From positions 7,254,001 through 7,318,000 of the forward strand of contig NC_042999.1 in the NCBI RefSeq assembly GCF_006345805.1: DNA of 64,000 bases. Direction: 5' to 3'. The stretch comes from Octopus sinensis (lineage: Eukaryota). This document shows, piece by piece, positions 50,071-63,800 of this stretch; position 1 is the first letter of the stretch, and each line of letters opens with the position of its first letter. The translations under genes were made by a program, and so were the position numbers. The notes below the pieces were generated by a model that worked only from the letters and a program-made list of their open reading frames with translations, was not told where the DNA came from and searched no databases.

Positions 50071-50639
50071 ATATTCAAAAAAGGGCCACCCTTTAAAAAT
50101 TCACCTTTCTTACAATATTGGTTTGACCCTCATTAAAATATAGTTTTAAAACATTTTATTGTTTCTTCTCTTCCGACTTATTGTTCCCTTTACAAATTCC
50201 AAATTTCCTCTTAATCTATTTGTTTCCATATTTCTATTAAAAGACCCTATTTTATATTTTGAAAATAGTGAAAAAAATTACTAAACTTAGTCATTTTTAA
50301 TACTTTATTTACCATATTTCTTGAAATATGCTGCATATGTTTCGATTAATTTTGAAAATTATGAAGGTTTTAGCGATTTCACTTTGTTTTTATTAAGCTG
50401 GGTAGCTGGATAAGTTTATCAAAGAGGACATTGACATTAGAATTACCAAAGCCTAGGCTGCAACGAGCAACATGGAAACAAATATAGAAGACAAATCTAC
50501 CCATAAAACTCGAAATATCTTTCTTTAAAGCTTGTATGGATCGGGTAGATGGACCCTGACACAAGCACTTAAGAAGAAACTACATGGTGCTTAGACCAAA
50601 ATGCTTGGAGTTGAGCAGAACATAAACTGGCCTCAACGT

Positions 50640-51663
50640 CGTACTATAATGGACGTTATGTCCGTCTGTCCTTCTGTTCCCTCTTCACGGTCAACCGGCT
50701 GCAAAAATGGTTACGATGTTTTTCGAGATTACGGAGGTAATCAGAAAGGTTTTTAGCGAACAAATGTGAAAAGTATGATAATTTATTGGATATAGAGTTT
50801 CGTACTAACAAATGACCTTTGATTTTTTTTTTCTGTTAAAATTCCGGCGACGAGGTCTAACTCTGGATTCCCCTCCACCGCGCCGTATAGTTCGTGAATT
50901 TAGAGGGTTCAGATTTTCCATAGTATCCCTTTATTTCCTATCGTAGATATCTTACTATAATGGGCGCTATGTCCGTCTGTCCGTTTCTTTGTCTGTTTCC
51001 TCTTCACAACCAGACAGCTGAACCTGTGATAACGATATTTTTCGAGATTACAAAAACGGTCGTCAGGAAGGTTTTAATATTAAAAAATCAGAAAGTCTGA
51101 TTATTTTGTGGATATCGATTTTGAATTGATAAACCACCTTCGCATTTTTATTAAAAATTCACCGACCACGAATAACTTTGGATTTTCATCTTATAGTTTG
51201 TGGCCCCATCGTAGATACGAAGTGGGAGCGCGAGTACGGTTAATAGCGAAAATAAAATGGAAAACGTGTGTGTCAGTATATAGTGTGTGTGTGATTATGT
51301 AGTGGTTATTGAAAGGTATCAGCCTCGAACAGGATTCGAAACGGCTAATCGAAGCGGCTGTTGTTTACATCTCAGTTTTGTCAATCAAAGTAACCCATGG
51401 TACCAGAACATCCAGACATTATTCGCATAGAACAGTGAGAGGTAAGTCATAGTTTGATTTTTTGCAACCCTAAAGATTCTGTTCGCGTATTCACAGCAAA
51501 CAAGGCTCAGGGCCAGACTTTAGATCATATAGGCGTATTTTTATCCACTCCAATGTTTACTCACGGCCAAATATACGTCGCTATGAGTGGAGCAACGCAC
51601 TCCAGTGATTTGAAAATTAGTGTTGACCAAGCAGAAAATATTGTCTACAAAGAAGTTTTGTAA
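50640..51663 (+). mobile_element. Helitron remnant: duplicated 5'-like segment (50640, 50950) plus helicase C-terminal fragment (51454-51663)
   Basis: TANKAQGQTLDHIGVFLSTPMFTHGQIYVAMS..ENIVYKEVL matches PIF1-like Helitron helicase motifs V-VI. Confidence 0.75.
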
Positions 51664-52824
51664 TCATGTTGGTATTATCGGAAGGAATAGGATTCATAAT
51701 TTAAATAAGGAAATTTGTGAACTTCGAATGTATAAGAATATAAACAAGCGTAAAATAGTGTAAACAACTAAAATAAAAGTATAGCAAAATAACATTTTTT
51801 CTTAATACTTTTTATGTAGTGGTCGAAGGCTTTTGTTAGTAGTAATCCACATAACTATTCATGATATAGAGGCTGAGAGCCTATTTCAGTTGGGGAGTGA
51901 ATCGTCATCACATGTCCCTTAGTCGCAAACACATGTCATATAGTTACAATAGAATGCTGTATCACCAACAATAATGTGATTTCGCTAAGACATCAACCAG
52001 TAATCTATCCAAGTCCATTTGCACATTTCTCAATACATACTGCTGTTATGACTTCCATCCCTCACTTTATGCCTCCATTGTAGATGGGTAGAGTTGCTAG
52101 TACAACAAATGGTAGTTTATACAGAAACTTGCTCAAGCTAACTACAGTTATTCAAAGACGGTTACGATTTGCAGGAAGTTATACACAAGCAAGAGAAGCA
52201 AGTAGGAGCTGCAATGGTGGCAACCAAATCACGGGAGACGCAATAAAAGAAGATCTGCTCAAACGTTCATCGATTAACTCTCAGATGATACAAAGCTCAG
52301 TAAGGAGCAATGGAAAATCGGGAATTGTGGAGAGACTTTGTCTGGAATGTTCGACCGTGGTCACAATGGGTATTATGCTGATGTGCGGAACGTAAAATAA
52401 CACAAGAGTTTGATGGACGCTTCTTATTTAGATCGATTTAAACGGGATGTTTGTATCACAAAGCCAGAGTGTTCGTATCAAGAGTTAACTCGAATAAACG
52501 TAGTCATTCACTTGATCTTTCTAACTTCATTTGCATAGAACTTATCGGGAGTCTTTAATTAGTTTTAATTTAGTTTAGTTTAATCAGTCTACAAAACACC
52601 CTAAATGCCATGCTCTCTTTGCAAAAATATCCGATATATTTCTGCTTAATTTGGGTGAAATTTGGTAAATCAGACGTTTCTCTGTGTCCGTTGATTTATA
52701 TATTTTTCTGCGTTCATGCTTTCTTATCCTTGTTTAGTTTGATTACAAAAGGTAATTCTGTGAGTAATCTATAGTACACAATGAAAGACCACGATCATAT
52801 TTTATCGAATATTTCAGTTTTTAT

Positions 52825-53130
52825 TTCGTTTTTGGATTTGGTTTGCAAGATTCTTTATATGAGTTCCTGTGTTGAAGCATATTCTGTTGTCTGGGGAGAG
52901 TCATTTTCTTTTTGTGCTTTATAATATAAAACACTCACGAGTAAAATTTCCACTGCTTTCTTATTTTTATTTTCCTAAAATTTTCGTTGCGTCTTGCAAC
53001 CTTTTCAATAGTTTTGACTCTGTCCATTATAGTCAAAACTATTGTAAAGGTTGCAAGACGCAACGAAAATTTTAGGAAAATAAAAATAAAAATAAGAAAA
53101 AAGTGGAAATTTTACCGGTGAGTGTGTTAC
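52825..53130. mobile_element. Foldback-type repeat, same family as 31408-31686, with a long central hairpin
   Basis: TTTTCGTTGCGTCTTGCAACCTTT..AATAGTTTTGACT mirrored around an ~11-nt loop. Confidence 0.75.
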
Positions 53131-53914
53131 ATTTCAGCTTTTAGTTTTCCGAATTTGGTTTGCTGTATACAGCACTCTACCACAGATATTTACTACTTGA
53201 AAAATTGTATAAAATATTTCACAACATTAATTGTGATACTACATTTACCAGGAAATTTTACCATCCTGAAATTTCCTAGCGATGTCATCCCCCACAACCC
53301 GACTCTCCACAAAACTGAATATCTTCTGTTACGGTTTTTAAAAAAAAAATACCTAACACAAGATATTTAGATAGAAATTATTTCTGCGAAGTGTTCAGTA
53401 CGTTCTTGTCTATATTAAATAAATATTGATAACATCTAATGAGACTTAATTTGCACCGTTTTTCTGTTTCTTGTGGTAAATTAGATATAAAACGCTGAGT
53501 AATCTATGTTTAACAAAATATTTCAGGTGCAATTTTAAATTGATTTTTTTGGTTATTTTCGAAACTATTTTCTTTGTGTGGCATATATCGAGATTGTTTT
53601 TTTTTAGTTTTATGTTTTAAGCAAACCATTAACGTTACTTTAGGTGTGTAGTTTGTTCATTAAGTTCGCTAAAAATTTGTTAAATCTTCCGTTAGTTGCA
53701 TGGAAAGTTAACTTATATGAAATACTAACTTACGATATTAATTTTCCTTGTAACTTAATAAATTTTAGAGTTCGACATCTTTTCTACATTCTGGAATATG
53801 CAAATTAAGATTGTGGTATTACTATCAGTCCGTCTTTACAGATGTTATAATGGAATTATTTCTCACGTGGAACGTACTCCAGGGATTTGAATACAATAAT
53901 GTGAATTTTATCGA

Positions 53915-54115
53915 ATTCAGAGTTTATTGTTGTTGGCACTCCGTAGCTTACAACGACGAGGGTTCCAGTTGATCCGATCAACGGAACAGCCTGCTCGTGG
54001 AATTAACGTGCAAGTGGCTGAGTATTTCACAGACACGTGTACCCTTAACGTAGTTCTCGGGGGGAGATTCAGCGTGACACAGAGCGTGACTAGGGTCGCC
54101 CTTTGAATTACAGGC
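53915..54115 (+). mobile_element. SINE-like interspersed repeat body (family D)
   Basis: GC-richer non-coding block GTTGGCACTCCGT..GAGGGTTCCAGTTGATCCGATCAACGGAACAGCCTGCTCGTG; family assignment by recognition only. Confidence 0.5.
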
Positions 54116-54252
54116 ATAACAGAAACAGGAATTAAGAGTGAGAGAAAGTTGTGGTGAAAGTGTACAGAAGATCGGAAATTTTCCCCATCTATAATTGTAT
54201 TAAACAGTTATTTACAGCCGTCTTTTGTGTGACAGTAACATCAGGGTTCATC

Positions 54253-54345
<93 letters not shown>

Positions 54346-54679
54346 ACACGAGAGGAGTAAATAGACAAACGAAGGGAAGTGGGTACATGTGATAGGAGCT
54401 ACGTGTATTATTTAGTAACAGTTTGATTCGGCTCCGTGCAACTTAAAGCTTCTTAGCTTCGTCAGACGAACCTATCTTATGAGGCACATTGTACCGAATA
54501 AAGGGGAACTCGCTTGAAGCTTGCAATTGACAATCCTTCCTCCTGCTTCCAGGAAAGACTACATATTCTCTATAAACCGGCAGTATCCATCAACAACGTA
54601 TGGGTAAATTGATGTCAATTATTTTAAAGAAATTATATGGTATACTGTGATGAATAAATTATTGATATTAATCTCACAT

Positions 54680-55440
54680 TTAAGGCAGTGAGCTGGCAGA
54701 ATCGGTAGCAGGCTGGGCGGAAAGCTTTCCGGCATTTTGTCCGTCTTCACATCCTGAGTTCAATTTCCGCCAACGTTGACTTTGCTTTTCATTCTTAAGG
54801 AGTCAATAAAATAAGTACCAGTTGAGCATTGGGGTCAGTGTAATTGTCTGCACGCCGGACAAAATGCTGAACAGTTTTTCGTCCGTCTTTACGCTTCCAA
54901 TGCAAGGCTGAATGTGCCTTCCATCCTGTCGAGATCGATAAAGTATGAACCAGTCAAGCACTTATTCCTTCACCCCAAATTTTGGGTCTTTTACCAAAAT
55001 TTGAAACCACTATCAATTTCATAATCAAAAGCTGTGGTCTGGCAGAATTGTTACCACACCGGACGAAATGCTTAGCGACATTTTGTTTGGTTTACATTCT
55101 GAATTCAAAATCCGACGACGTCTGACGGGATCAATAAAATAAATACCTGTTGAGTACTGGGCTCTCCTATCCTGCCCCAAGTTTCAGGCTTTGTGCTTAT
55201 ATTAGAAAAGAATATTCCCTTTGATTAAGGCAGAATCGTTAATACACACCGGGCAAAATGCTTAGCGGCATTTCGTCTTTTTGGACGTTCTGAGTACAAA
55301 TTCTACTGAGATCCACTTTGTACTTCATCTTTTTGGGTCGATAAAATAAGTACCAGTTGAACATTGGGGCCGAAGAAATCGACTTACCCCGTCCTCCGAA
55401 CAACTTGCTGGCGTTGTGTCAAAATTTGAAATCAATATTA
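54680..55440 (+). mobile_element. Cluster of about four diverged family B SINEs in the same orientation
   Basis: Repeated GGCAGAAT..TTAGC..CATTT.GTC..TACGTTCTGAGTTCAAA and GGGTCGATAAAATAAGTACCAGTTGA motifs. Confidence 0.75.
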
Positions 55441-56599
55441 ATTTCATAGTAAAATAAAAAGAATGAGTGGAAATTATAGAAGTATTTATTTGTAAGGCAG
55501 TTATCGGTGGAGGCCAGGTGCACGGGGGGAGGATTCATGAAACAGATGAAGAATCGAATGAGGATGGAGAAAAGAAGGAGAGTTGAAATTTGAGGTATTT
55601 GCGCGGGAGTTCCAAGTCAAGATTTAAATCAATATAAACAGTTGTGCAATTATCCAATAAATGAAGAAACATTTGAAACATTTTCAGCATTTTCTCCTGA
55701 AAATAAGAAGCAGTTCTGTAAACATTTCGCATTATCTAAGCACGATGTCACATTTTTCAAAATTAAGAATCTGTTTGAATTAGCGTTGCAAAACAATATC
55801 GCTAACGAAAAGATACATCTGTCAAATCAATCAACAGCGGCGTTTTTCATTAAAATTTGTTTTGGTTAAAAAAAAAGAAGAAAGAAAGCCCTCAATCTAT
55901 ATGGGTTTATTTGCTAATTCCGGCATGTAATCTTGTGATATGCATCGGGTTTCTTCAACCGTTCTTCTAATGAGAGTTTGCTAATTGAAATTATATCCTC
56001 ACAAACTTTCCAGTAGAATGCCTCCTCTAGAAAGATAAGGAACCGTAATTTTAAATTTAGTTCATTTCGTTTCCCCCAATTTATAAAACTTCAAAGAAAT
56101 TTTGCTAATTGGCAGAATTTGAGTTTAGACGCTTCAAAAGCAAATCTAATTGATAATCTGAGATTAAACAAGTATGTGCAGGTATTTCTCGGAAAACTTG
56201 ATTTTCATGATAAGATTCAACCACCTACGTGAGTAGAAGTATTACAGATTGTGTAACCAGAAAATAAAAAATAGAAAAAACCCAGAACGAACACAATTTA
56301 TGTAGAACATTCGTTATATTGGTGTTCCAGTAATGAATGTCGTGTCATTGACCTAGAACCGTTTGTACAGATGAGTTGTTTCGTTTGCAATCATTGATTT
56401 ATAATTCCTTGGAAATATTATTCTCCAGTTTCGAACGAACAACTAAACTAATTCTGTTGAGTCATGAGAAATGCGAAACTAATCACGTGATTGCTGATTT
56501 CAATCTCTCTGAATGGTTCTGCAGTTTCACTACACGTTCTAGTTTCTCAGTCAGCCTAATCAGACTAATTAAGATTTGGTTATGAGTCTGTCCAAATAA

Positions 56600-56647
56600 T
56601 AATGACGACGATAATGATAATGATGATGATAATAAATAATAATCACG

Positions 56648-56678
<31 letters not shown>

Positions 56679-56748
56679 TATAATAATAATAATAATAATA
56701 ATAATATAATGATAATAATAATAATAATAATAATAAATAATAATAATG

Positions 56749-56792
<44 letters not shown>

Positions 56793-57468
56793 TTAATTTA
56801 ATTTAAGTATTTTAATTAACTTTAAGTATTTTAATTTAACTTTAAAAAAAAAATGAACGAACTACTGAGTTTGGTTTAATGGCCTACCAAAGTATACTAT
56901 GAGTTTCTTTGCCCTAGGAGTCGGGAAGACACTCGGCAAGAAATGGAAGCAAATTTGAAAGAAGAAAAAAAAGTAATAATAATAATAATAATAATAATAA
57001 TAGAAGTGTTATCATGTACATTATTTTGTCTTGGTATAAAAGATGGCCTACAGCAAATATTCTGCTCAATACCACAGATTTGCTTGTCAGTTGTTTGACC
57101 TTAAACCAGTTGATCATGTCCCTTAGTGGCTGACAATATGTGCATCTCTGATCATGAGCAGAAGTAGTGGTGGAGCATCATAGCCATGTATTGAGGGGGA
57201 TTCTTTGGGGTTTGAATATTTCACCTCTGGAAACATGGGTGTTTCGTTCAATATCCTTAAACAACCCTTATTCAGGGACCTTTTGAGCGGAATGGGTTAC
57301 TCGACAAGAAGAACATTCTAACTGGGCTCCCTCCACCTGCAAGGTCATGTGCTGTTTATCTTGATATGAGATCATCATGTCGCGCACATATGGTTGTGAT
57401 GCATGTGCCCAATGTACACTTATTTTTCCCCCAGTGTCACTTTGATGGCAGGAACTGCTCTCTCACTC

Positions 57469-57525
<57 letters not shown>

Positions 57526-57580
57526 GATGATGATAATAATGATAATGATAATAATGATAATGATAATAATGATAATTATA
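56600..57580. repeat. (AAT)n arrays (56600-56790, 56975-57002, 57468-57580) separated by inserted non-coding repeats
   Basis: Directly visible; the inserts at 56860-56974 and 57003-57467 each end in (AAT)n. Confidence 0.8.
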
Positions 57581-57584
57581 ATAC

Positions 57585-58700
57585 AAGCATCCCCAATCAG
57601 AGGTACGTTGATCGATGCAAGCTCAAAGGTGAAACCGAAAAGATAGATTCGGGCCCTGCGCCATTCCAGATGAGAAATATAACTGGAACTAACAAGATTT
57701 ATTAGGGCTGTAGCTATGGTTGTTGAAGATAGAGCTGGTTACAAAAGAAGAGGGCAAACAGAACGTAAAGAACCATTCTGGCGTAGACGAATTTGTGAGA
57801 AACAAACAAAGTTAAAAAGACATTTAGGGCAAGTTGATAGATTGAGAAGAGAGGAATTGCAGAATGAAAGAATAAGAATAATTCTGGAAAGAACATAGAG
57901 AATAAGAGATAAAAGGTATGATGTGATACTGGAAGAATTGAGACAAAGAGTAGGAGCAATCAATGCGAAACTGGAAAAATATGACAATAGAAGGAGACAG
58001 TTCAGGAAAAACAGATTGTTTGAAGCCAATCAGGAGATACTGTTTAAGGGACAAGATGGGCAAATACACGTAACAATGGTACCAGATGTAGAGGGAAGAA
58101 GGACATTCGGGAGAGCGATCAACATAATGATGAAGCGGAGTGGCTGCACGAAGGGTTCATCCAAGATAGGTTCAGAAATATAGAAGGCCAAGAAGACAAA
58201 GATAACCACAGAAATTGATTTTAAAAAAGCAATTTAAAAAATTCCCAAATTTGAAGGGCCCTGAACCGGATGGGGTTCAAGATTGTTGGATGAAGAATCT
58301 GAAAGGACTCCATGAAAGGATAGCGCAATAGCTAGATGAGTGCTTGCAGAAGGGCGTAGTACCCAGATGGATGACAAAGAGAAAGGCATTGTTGTGTGCC
58401 AAAGATCCCTAAAAGGGAAATGTTGCCTCCAGCTTTAGACCAGAAACATGTTTTCTGCTAATGTGGAAACTAATGTCAGGTGTGTTGACCGGCGAACTGT
58501 ATAAATACCTGGAAAAGAGTGGGATGATACATACTGAACAGAAAAGATGCCGAAAGAGGAGTCGGGGAACGAAGGATCAGCTCCTAATTGATAATTTAAT
58601 TATCAGGAACTGCAAGAGAAGACTTACAAACCTGAGCATGGCATAGGTTGGCTATCGTAAAGCATACGGTATGATACCACACTCCTGGATAATAACTTGC
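57585..58700 (+). pseudogene. Degraded R4/Dong-type non-LTR retrotransposon RT N-terminal fragment
   Basis: [88 protein letters not shown]. Confidence 0.88.
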
Positions 58701-58820
58701 GACTTCCCAGGTAGTATAGAGAATTCTGACGAAGGTTCACATGTACATGACCTGGTCAGGAGCAGACCACTGTTGAACTAGACTGAATGTTTATGTATAT
58801 TTGTCTCTTATCGATTTGAG

Positions 58821-59140
58821 TTAAATGTAATAATTGAGAGTACATAAAACCAGAAACGAGAAGCATGTTTGATTGAATGAGGCGTTTCGAACACCAAGGA
58901 AATACTTTAATGAACTCCGTTCATAATTAATAATTCGTAAGTTGTTGTGTCGAGTGTTGCTGGTCATTTCCTCGCCAAAGCCATCGAAGTTATTACTGCG
59001 AAGCATGGATGGGTTCATCATTTGTTCTGGGGTGCGTGGCCCATTGCTCCCTCCTCCTCCTCCTCCATCTTCTGCTGTTTTTCTGCCTTTTGCCTCTTTT
59101 CTGTTTTTCTTTCCCCATTTCTTTGTATTTAAATGTTACA
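58821..59140 (-). CDS. Orphan open frame (~105 codons) KWGKKNRKEAKGRKTAEDGGGGGGSNGPRTPEQMMNPSMLRSNNFDGFGEE...
   Basis: Stop-free, protein-like composition, possible ACAAAG| acceptor; no family recognised. Confidence 0.3.
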
Positions 59141-60824
59141 ACTTAATAAAGGAAAAGTTTATATGCTTTAGAAAATAATATATTAATTTTTATCGCAGAA
59201 AAGATGTTATATACATATATATATATACGTAGAGCAGATATTCACCAACAACAAACAATGCCCAATGCAAAGAAAACGTTGTTCTGCCTTCACTTTCAGG
59301 CGAATGCAGTACCATCGTCATTCAGTCTATGCAAAACAGTATTAAACCTATCGATTCAATTCTCTTGACTCTGAAGATCTGATATTCTTGACTGAGAAGA
59401 GAAAAATCATAATAACTGAAGCTGTTCTTGATAATCTTTATCAGTTATTTGTAGATAACACGAGGAATTGATTCGGTGCATCTTTCAATCAATCTCAGTG
59501 CCATAACCGAATGTTCTGTACACTTTACCAATACCAGCGAAAGCCAACAAATCCCGTTTTCGTGACCTGCTGAATAAAACAGCCAAATTTCGAGTCAATG
59601 ATAGAAAATTTACGAGGTCCTTTGAAATACTCCAAATTGCAGTTAAATCTCCCTCAGATCACAACATTTCGTCTTTGGACGTTGTATCCCTTGGTAAAGC
59701 AATGCGTTGGAATGCATCGGAACTCTGGTGTGTTCATTTGTTTCTCACATAGAGCTTCATAGCTGCAATGGTACAATCTAGCTAAGCTGAGGTTTTGAAA
59801 GTATATAAAAATTTATCCAAATCTAAATTTATCAAATTAATTTCTCTTTCCACGAGCTGGACCAGTGATTACATATGCATGTATAATTATTTTCTCTTCT
59901 ATTCTTAATTATTTGGAATCTTGCTGTGAGGAAGGACCCGCTTTCTAACAACATACAATACTCCATCGCTGGAATGAAGATAACAAGAACTTGAGAAAAG
60001 TTTGCATACTTTTACTGTTCCACTTAAAGATTATATTTGTAATATGTGGGTGTTTGCTGGTTGACTTCTTTTTCTGAAAAGCTTAGCTTTTTCCTGATTT
60101 TCATTTAGGCATTTACTTACAAAACTATGCGCAGCAGTTATTGCCAGTGCATATGCATAACGTGATAACGTACACCACACAGATACAGATACAGACACAC
60201 ACACGCACACAAACACAAACACACACACACACACGAGCACGTGCGTACATGTAATCTTGAATAGTTGCAAGTTTTTCGATAGAGAAGCAATCTTGAGCTG
60301 CGTCAAAGAAAAAATATGACCCATGATTCCTTTCATAAATTGCTAACAGTCAAACAAGGGTGGCTGCCTAAAAATATAGTATGAATATATAAGCTTGGCT
60401 TAGGAATATACGGATGCACAGAAACACCATAATCATATGCACATACACCATACACGAACATTTACCGCATTGTCTGTCTGTATGTCTGCACTTCCATTTG
60501 ACACACACATACGCACACACACACACACTTGTGTGTATGTGTCTGTGTGTGTGTCCGTATGTGTGTGTGTGTAGACCAAGAAGGAGAAAGAGAAGAACCA
60601 AAAGAGTAATATTAATTCTGGATTGTGTTTTTCGTTTCGGGTATATGTTTTCGAGGGTAGAACTTCATAAACAGAAATTCTTTTATAGAAACGAGTCAAT
60701 AGGATATTGTGACAACATGATTTATTGTCTGCAGGGAGATCTTCATTGCAAAACCTCTCTTCTTATACTTTATTTAGAGTGATCCTCTACATATAGATGA
60801 AATCTTTTATTGAATATACACACG

Positions 60825-60855
<31 letters not shown>

Positions 60856-61296
60856 GCATATATTCACACAAACACACATATTACACATCTCTCTCTCTCT
60901 ATATATATATACATACATATATAAGTATATGTATGTTGATACATATAGATTTGTTTATTGAGTATGTATGCATATTAATCTTAAGTAATAAAAGAAGGCC
61001 TGTATTGATTTCATTATCCATATCTTACTTCCGTATTCTCTATGTATGTTTATGACTTCGTCAGGCTTTGACGAAAGCGTACCCCTGTATGTACAGTTGC
61101 GATTCAGTAGTGCTGTGTGTGTGTGTATCCATTAAAATCTTTACATTTATGAATTGTGAGTGTGTGTGTGTGAGTGTAAGTGTGTCTATACGTATAAAGC
61201 ATTAAAATAGGTGAAAGCTAAGGGAGAAGGCATATGATTTCAATCAAAATGAATACTGTACAAACACAGCAACACACCCATAGCCACCACACATAT

Positions 61297-61379
<83 letters not shown>

Positions 61380-62095
61380 TATATAATGTATATATGTATG
61401 CATCTATATATATATATACATATATATATATACATGTATAAAATGTATTTATGTATGCATTTACATATTTGTATCTAGGTATATAAAAGACATAAATTCT
61501 TATGCAGGTAATGTTATTGATAAATAAAATTTAAATTTTTGTAATGCATACAGACACAAACATTTATATATGCCCATACGCACACACACATACACGAACT
61601 CGTATGCATACTCTCGCAAATACTGTGTGCATATATGTATTACGTATTCAAACTGATTGAAGAATTTTGCGAGCGAAAAATATACAAGAATAATCGAAAT
61701 CATATTAAAATCCATTTTCACCCTTTGTTCCTGAAACTGTTCTTTGTTATAGTCTTAGAAAGAAAATCTATTTCAGAGAACTATATTAATGGTAAAGCAA
61801 GAATTTCTTCATAAATTTCAATCTAGATTTATCCTGAAGTGAATTAAATTGTATATTTTTATAAACAAGTGTTAAATCCGAAATCAATCATAAACCGTGA
61901 ACGCATATGCGGCCATACACACACACACAACTTACTGGCAAACATTCTTTATATAATTGCGCTCTGCATTTCATACATATATACATATATCGATATACAT
62001 ACGTACACACACGCACACACAACCTCCCCCACATATTAATATATATATATATATATAATATAAATAATATATATGTATGTATATGACGGCAATCC

Positions 62096-62156
<61 letters not shown>

Positions 62157-62472
62157 GATAGATATAAATATATATATACATATATACAAATATATATGTC
62201 TTTGTGCGTGTGTGTGTATGTGTAGGTATGTATGTATTTTTGCATTTATGTATATGTGTCTGTGCGTGTGCAAACTTTATAACTTCTAATCGACAGGAAG
62301 TTATAAATCTAACTCAAAGACCCTGAGTTCTCTGCGCATCACAGACTGACAGGTTTGGTAAGTGCCATCGACGAAATCTGTGTCAGACCGGAATGTTTCT
62401 GTCGATTAAAATGAAAAACAAAAACTATGTGCTGGAACGACAGATTTCAACCACACTCAAACAGGCAAAGAA

Positions 62473-62525
<53 letters not shown>

Positions 62526-62881
62526 AGATTGAGTGGGAGAGAGAGAATGAGGGTAAGAGAGAAAGAGAGCGATCGCGATGCAGATAAACAAATAAACAAG
62601 CTTGTGCTTGATGTAGAAAGTATACATGCTTATATAGAAGACGGAACTGAAAGAAGCCCGTCGTATGTATATATACATACATACATATATACATATACAT
62701 ATACAACACACACATTTCTACACATGAACCCGGAGTTTCTACCCTTGACAGGTCGCTTCAACCGTGTTTTCTGACGTGAATTTGCTACCCAGGTTTCGGT
62801 TAAACGAATTTTCCATGCTGACGATAAACATAGGATTATTCATTCACCTACTGAAATATATATATTGTAAATTGAAACTAA

Positions 62882-63480
62882 CAAGGTAGTCAAAATGTTG
62901 GATGGTTATATATACTTTTATTTACATTTTTAGCACTTTCTTTCGTTATCAAATTTATCAAAAAAGTGGTTTACAGTGAGTTTGCTTCGCATATTTTTCC
63001 TATAAAATTGAAACTGATGATTTTTAGAAAGGGAGAGAGAGAGATAGAGAGAGACATGGGGAGGGGAGAGAGGAACAAAATAAGAAAGGAAAGTGAAGGC
63101 GTGAGAGAAAAGGAGAGAGTGGGTGATAGTGAAGACAAAGAAGAGAAAAGAAAGTAGTAGGAGTGTGTTTTAGGATTGTCGCAAACCCCTATAAACAAGA
63201 ATACAATCCCAAAACACACTCCTTAATTCTTCTCTCTTCTCTATCTTCACTATCTCCCACTATCTCCTCGTCTCTCACTCCTGCACCTTCCTTTCAATTT
63301 TATCCTCTCCCTCAACCTCATCCCCTCTCTCTCCCTTTCTAATACATCAATTTCAATTTTATATAAAAACACTAAGCAAACTTACTGTAAACCACTTTGA
63401 TAAATCCGATAACGGAAGAAAGCGCTAAAAAATGTAAATAAAAATATATATTTAATCATTTAACATTCTGACTATTTGTT
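62882..63480. mobile_element. ~600-bp imperfect foldback (MITE-like), 23-nt loop at 63180-63202
   Basis: GGAGTGTGTTTT.GGATTGT mirrored at 63203-63222; purine-rich left arm and pyrimidine-rich right arm; outer AAGTGGTTTACAGT.AGTTTGCTT mirrored. Confidence 0.75.
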
Positions 63481-63589
63481 ATTCTAAATATACAATATCT
63501 GTATATCACTTCAAAAACTCTCTCTCCACGCACACACACACACATACATATACACACACACACACAAACACACATACACACAGACATAA

Positions 63590-63800
63590 CATGTATTTGT
63601 GTTCGTTTGTATTTCTCCCTCCACCGTCGCTTGACAACCGATGTTGGTGTGCTTACGTCCCCGTAACTCAGCGGTTTGGCAAAGAGAATATGTACTAGGC
63701 TTACAAAGAATAAGTCCCGGGGTGGATTTCTTCGACCAAATGTGGTGCTCCAGCATGGCCGCAGTCAAATGACTGAAACAAGTAAAAGAATATAAGAATA
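63590..63800 (+). mobile_element. SINE family A 3' half (followed by an inverted tail at 63865-64000)
   Basis: Family motifs. Confidence 0.8.

Noticed and set aside
54420-54470. CTGACGA-A-GCT hairpin on the minus strand
   Set aside because: No correctly placed GAAA or stem III; at most a decayed remnant.
55642-55869. 75-aa ORF (NYPINEETF...), possibly DNA-transposon derived
   Set aside because: No diagnostic motif or good splice donor; cannot be assigned.
58720-58765. CTGACGA-A-GGT..ACC-TGGTC hammerhead-like motif
   Set aside because: GAAA is absent and stem I does not pair.
59480-59790. Possible APE endonuclease remnant (VI*G.FNC resembling GDFN) on the minus strand
   Set aside because: A single degenerate motif amid stops and frameshifts; too weak to call.
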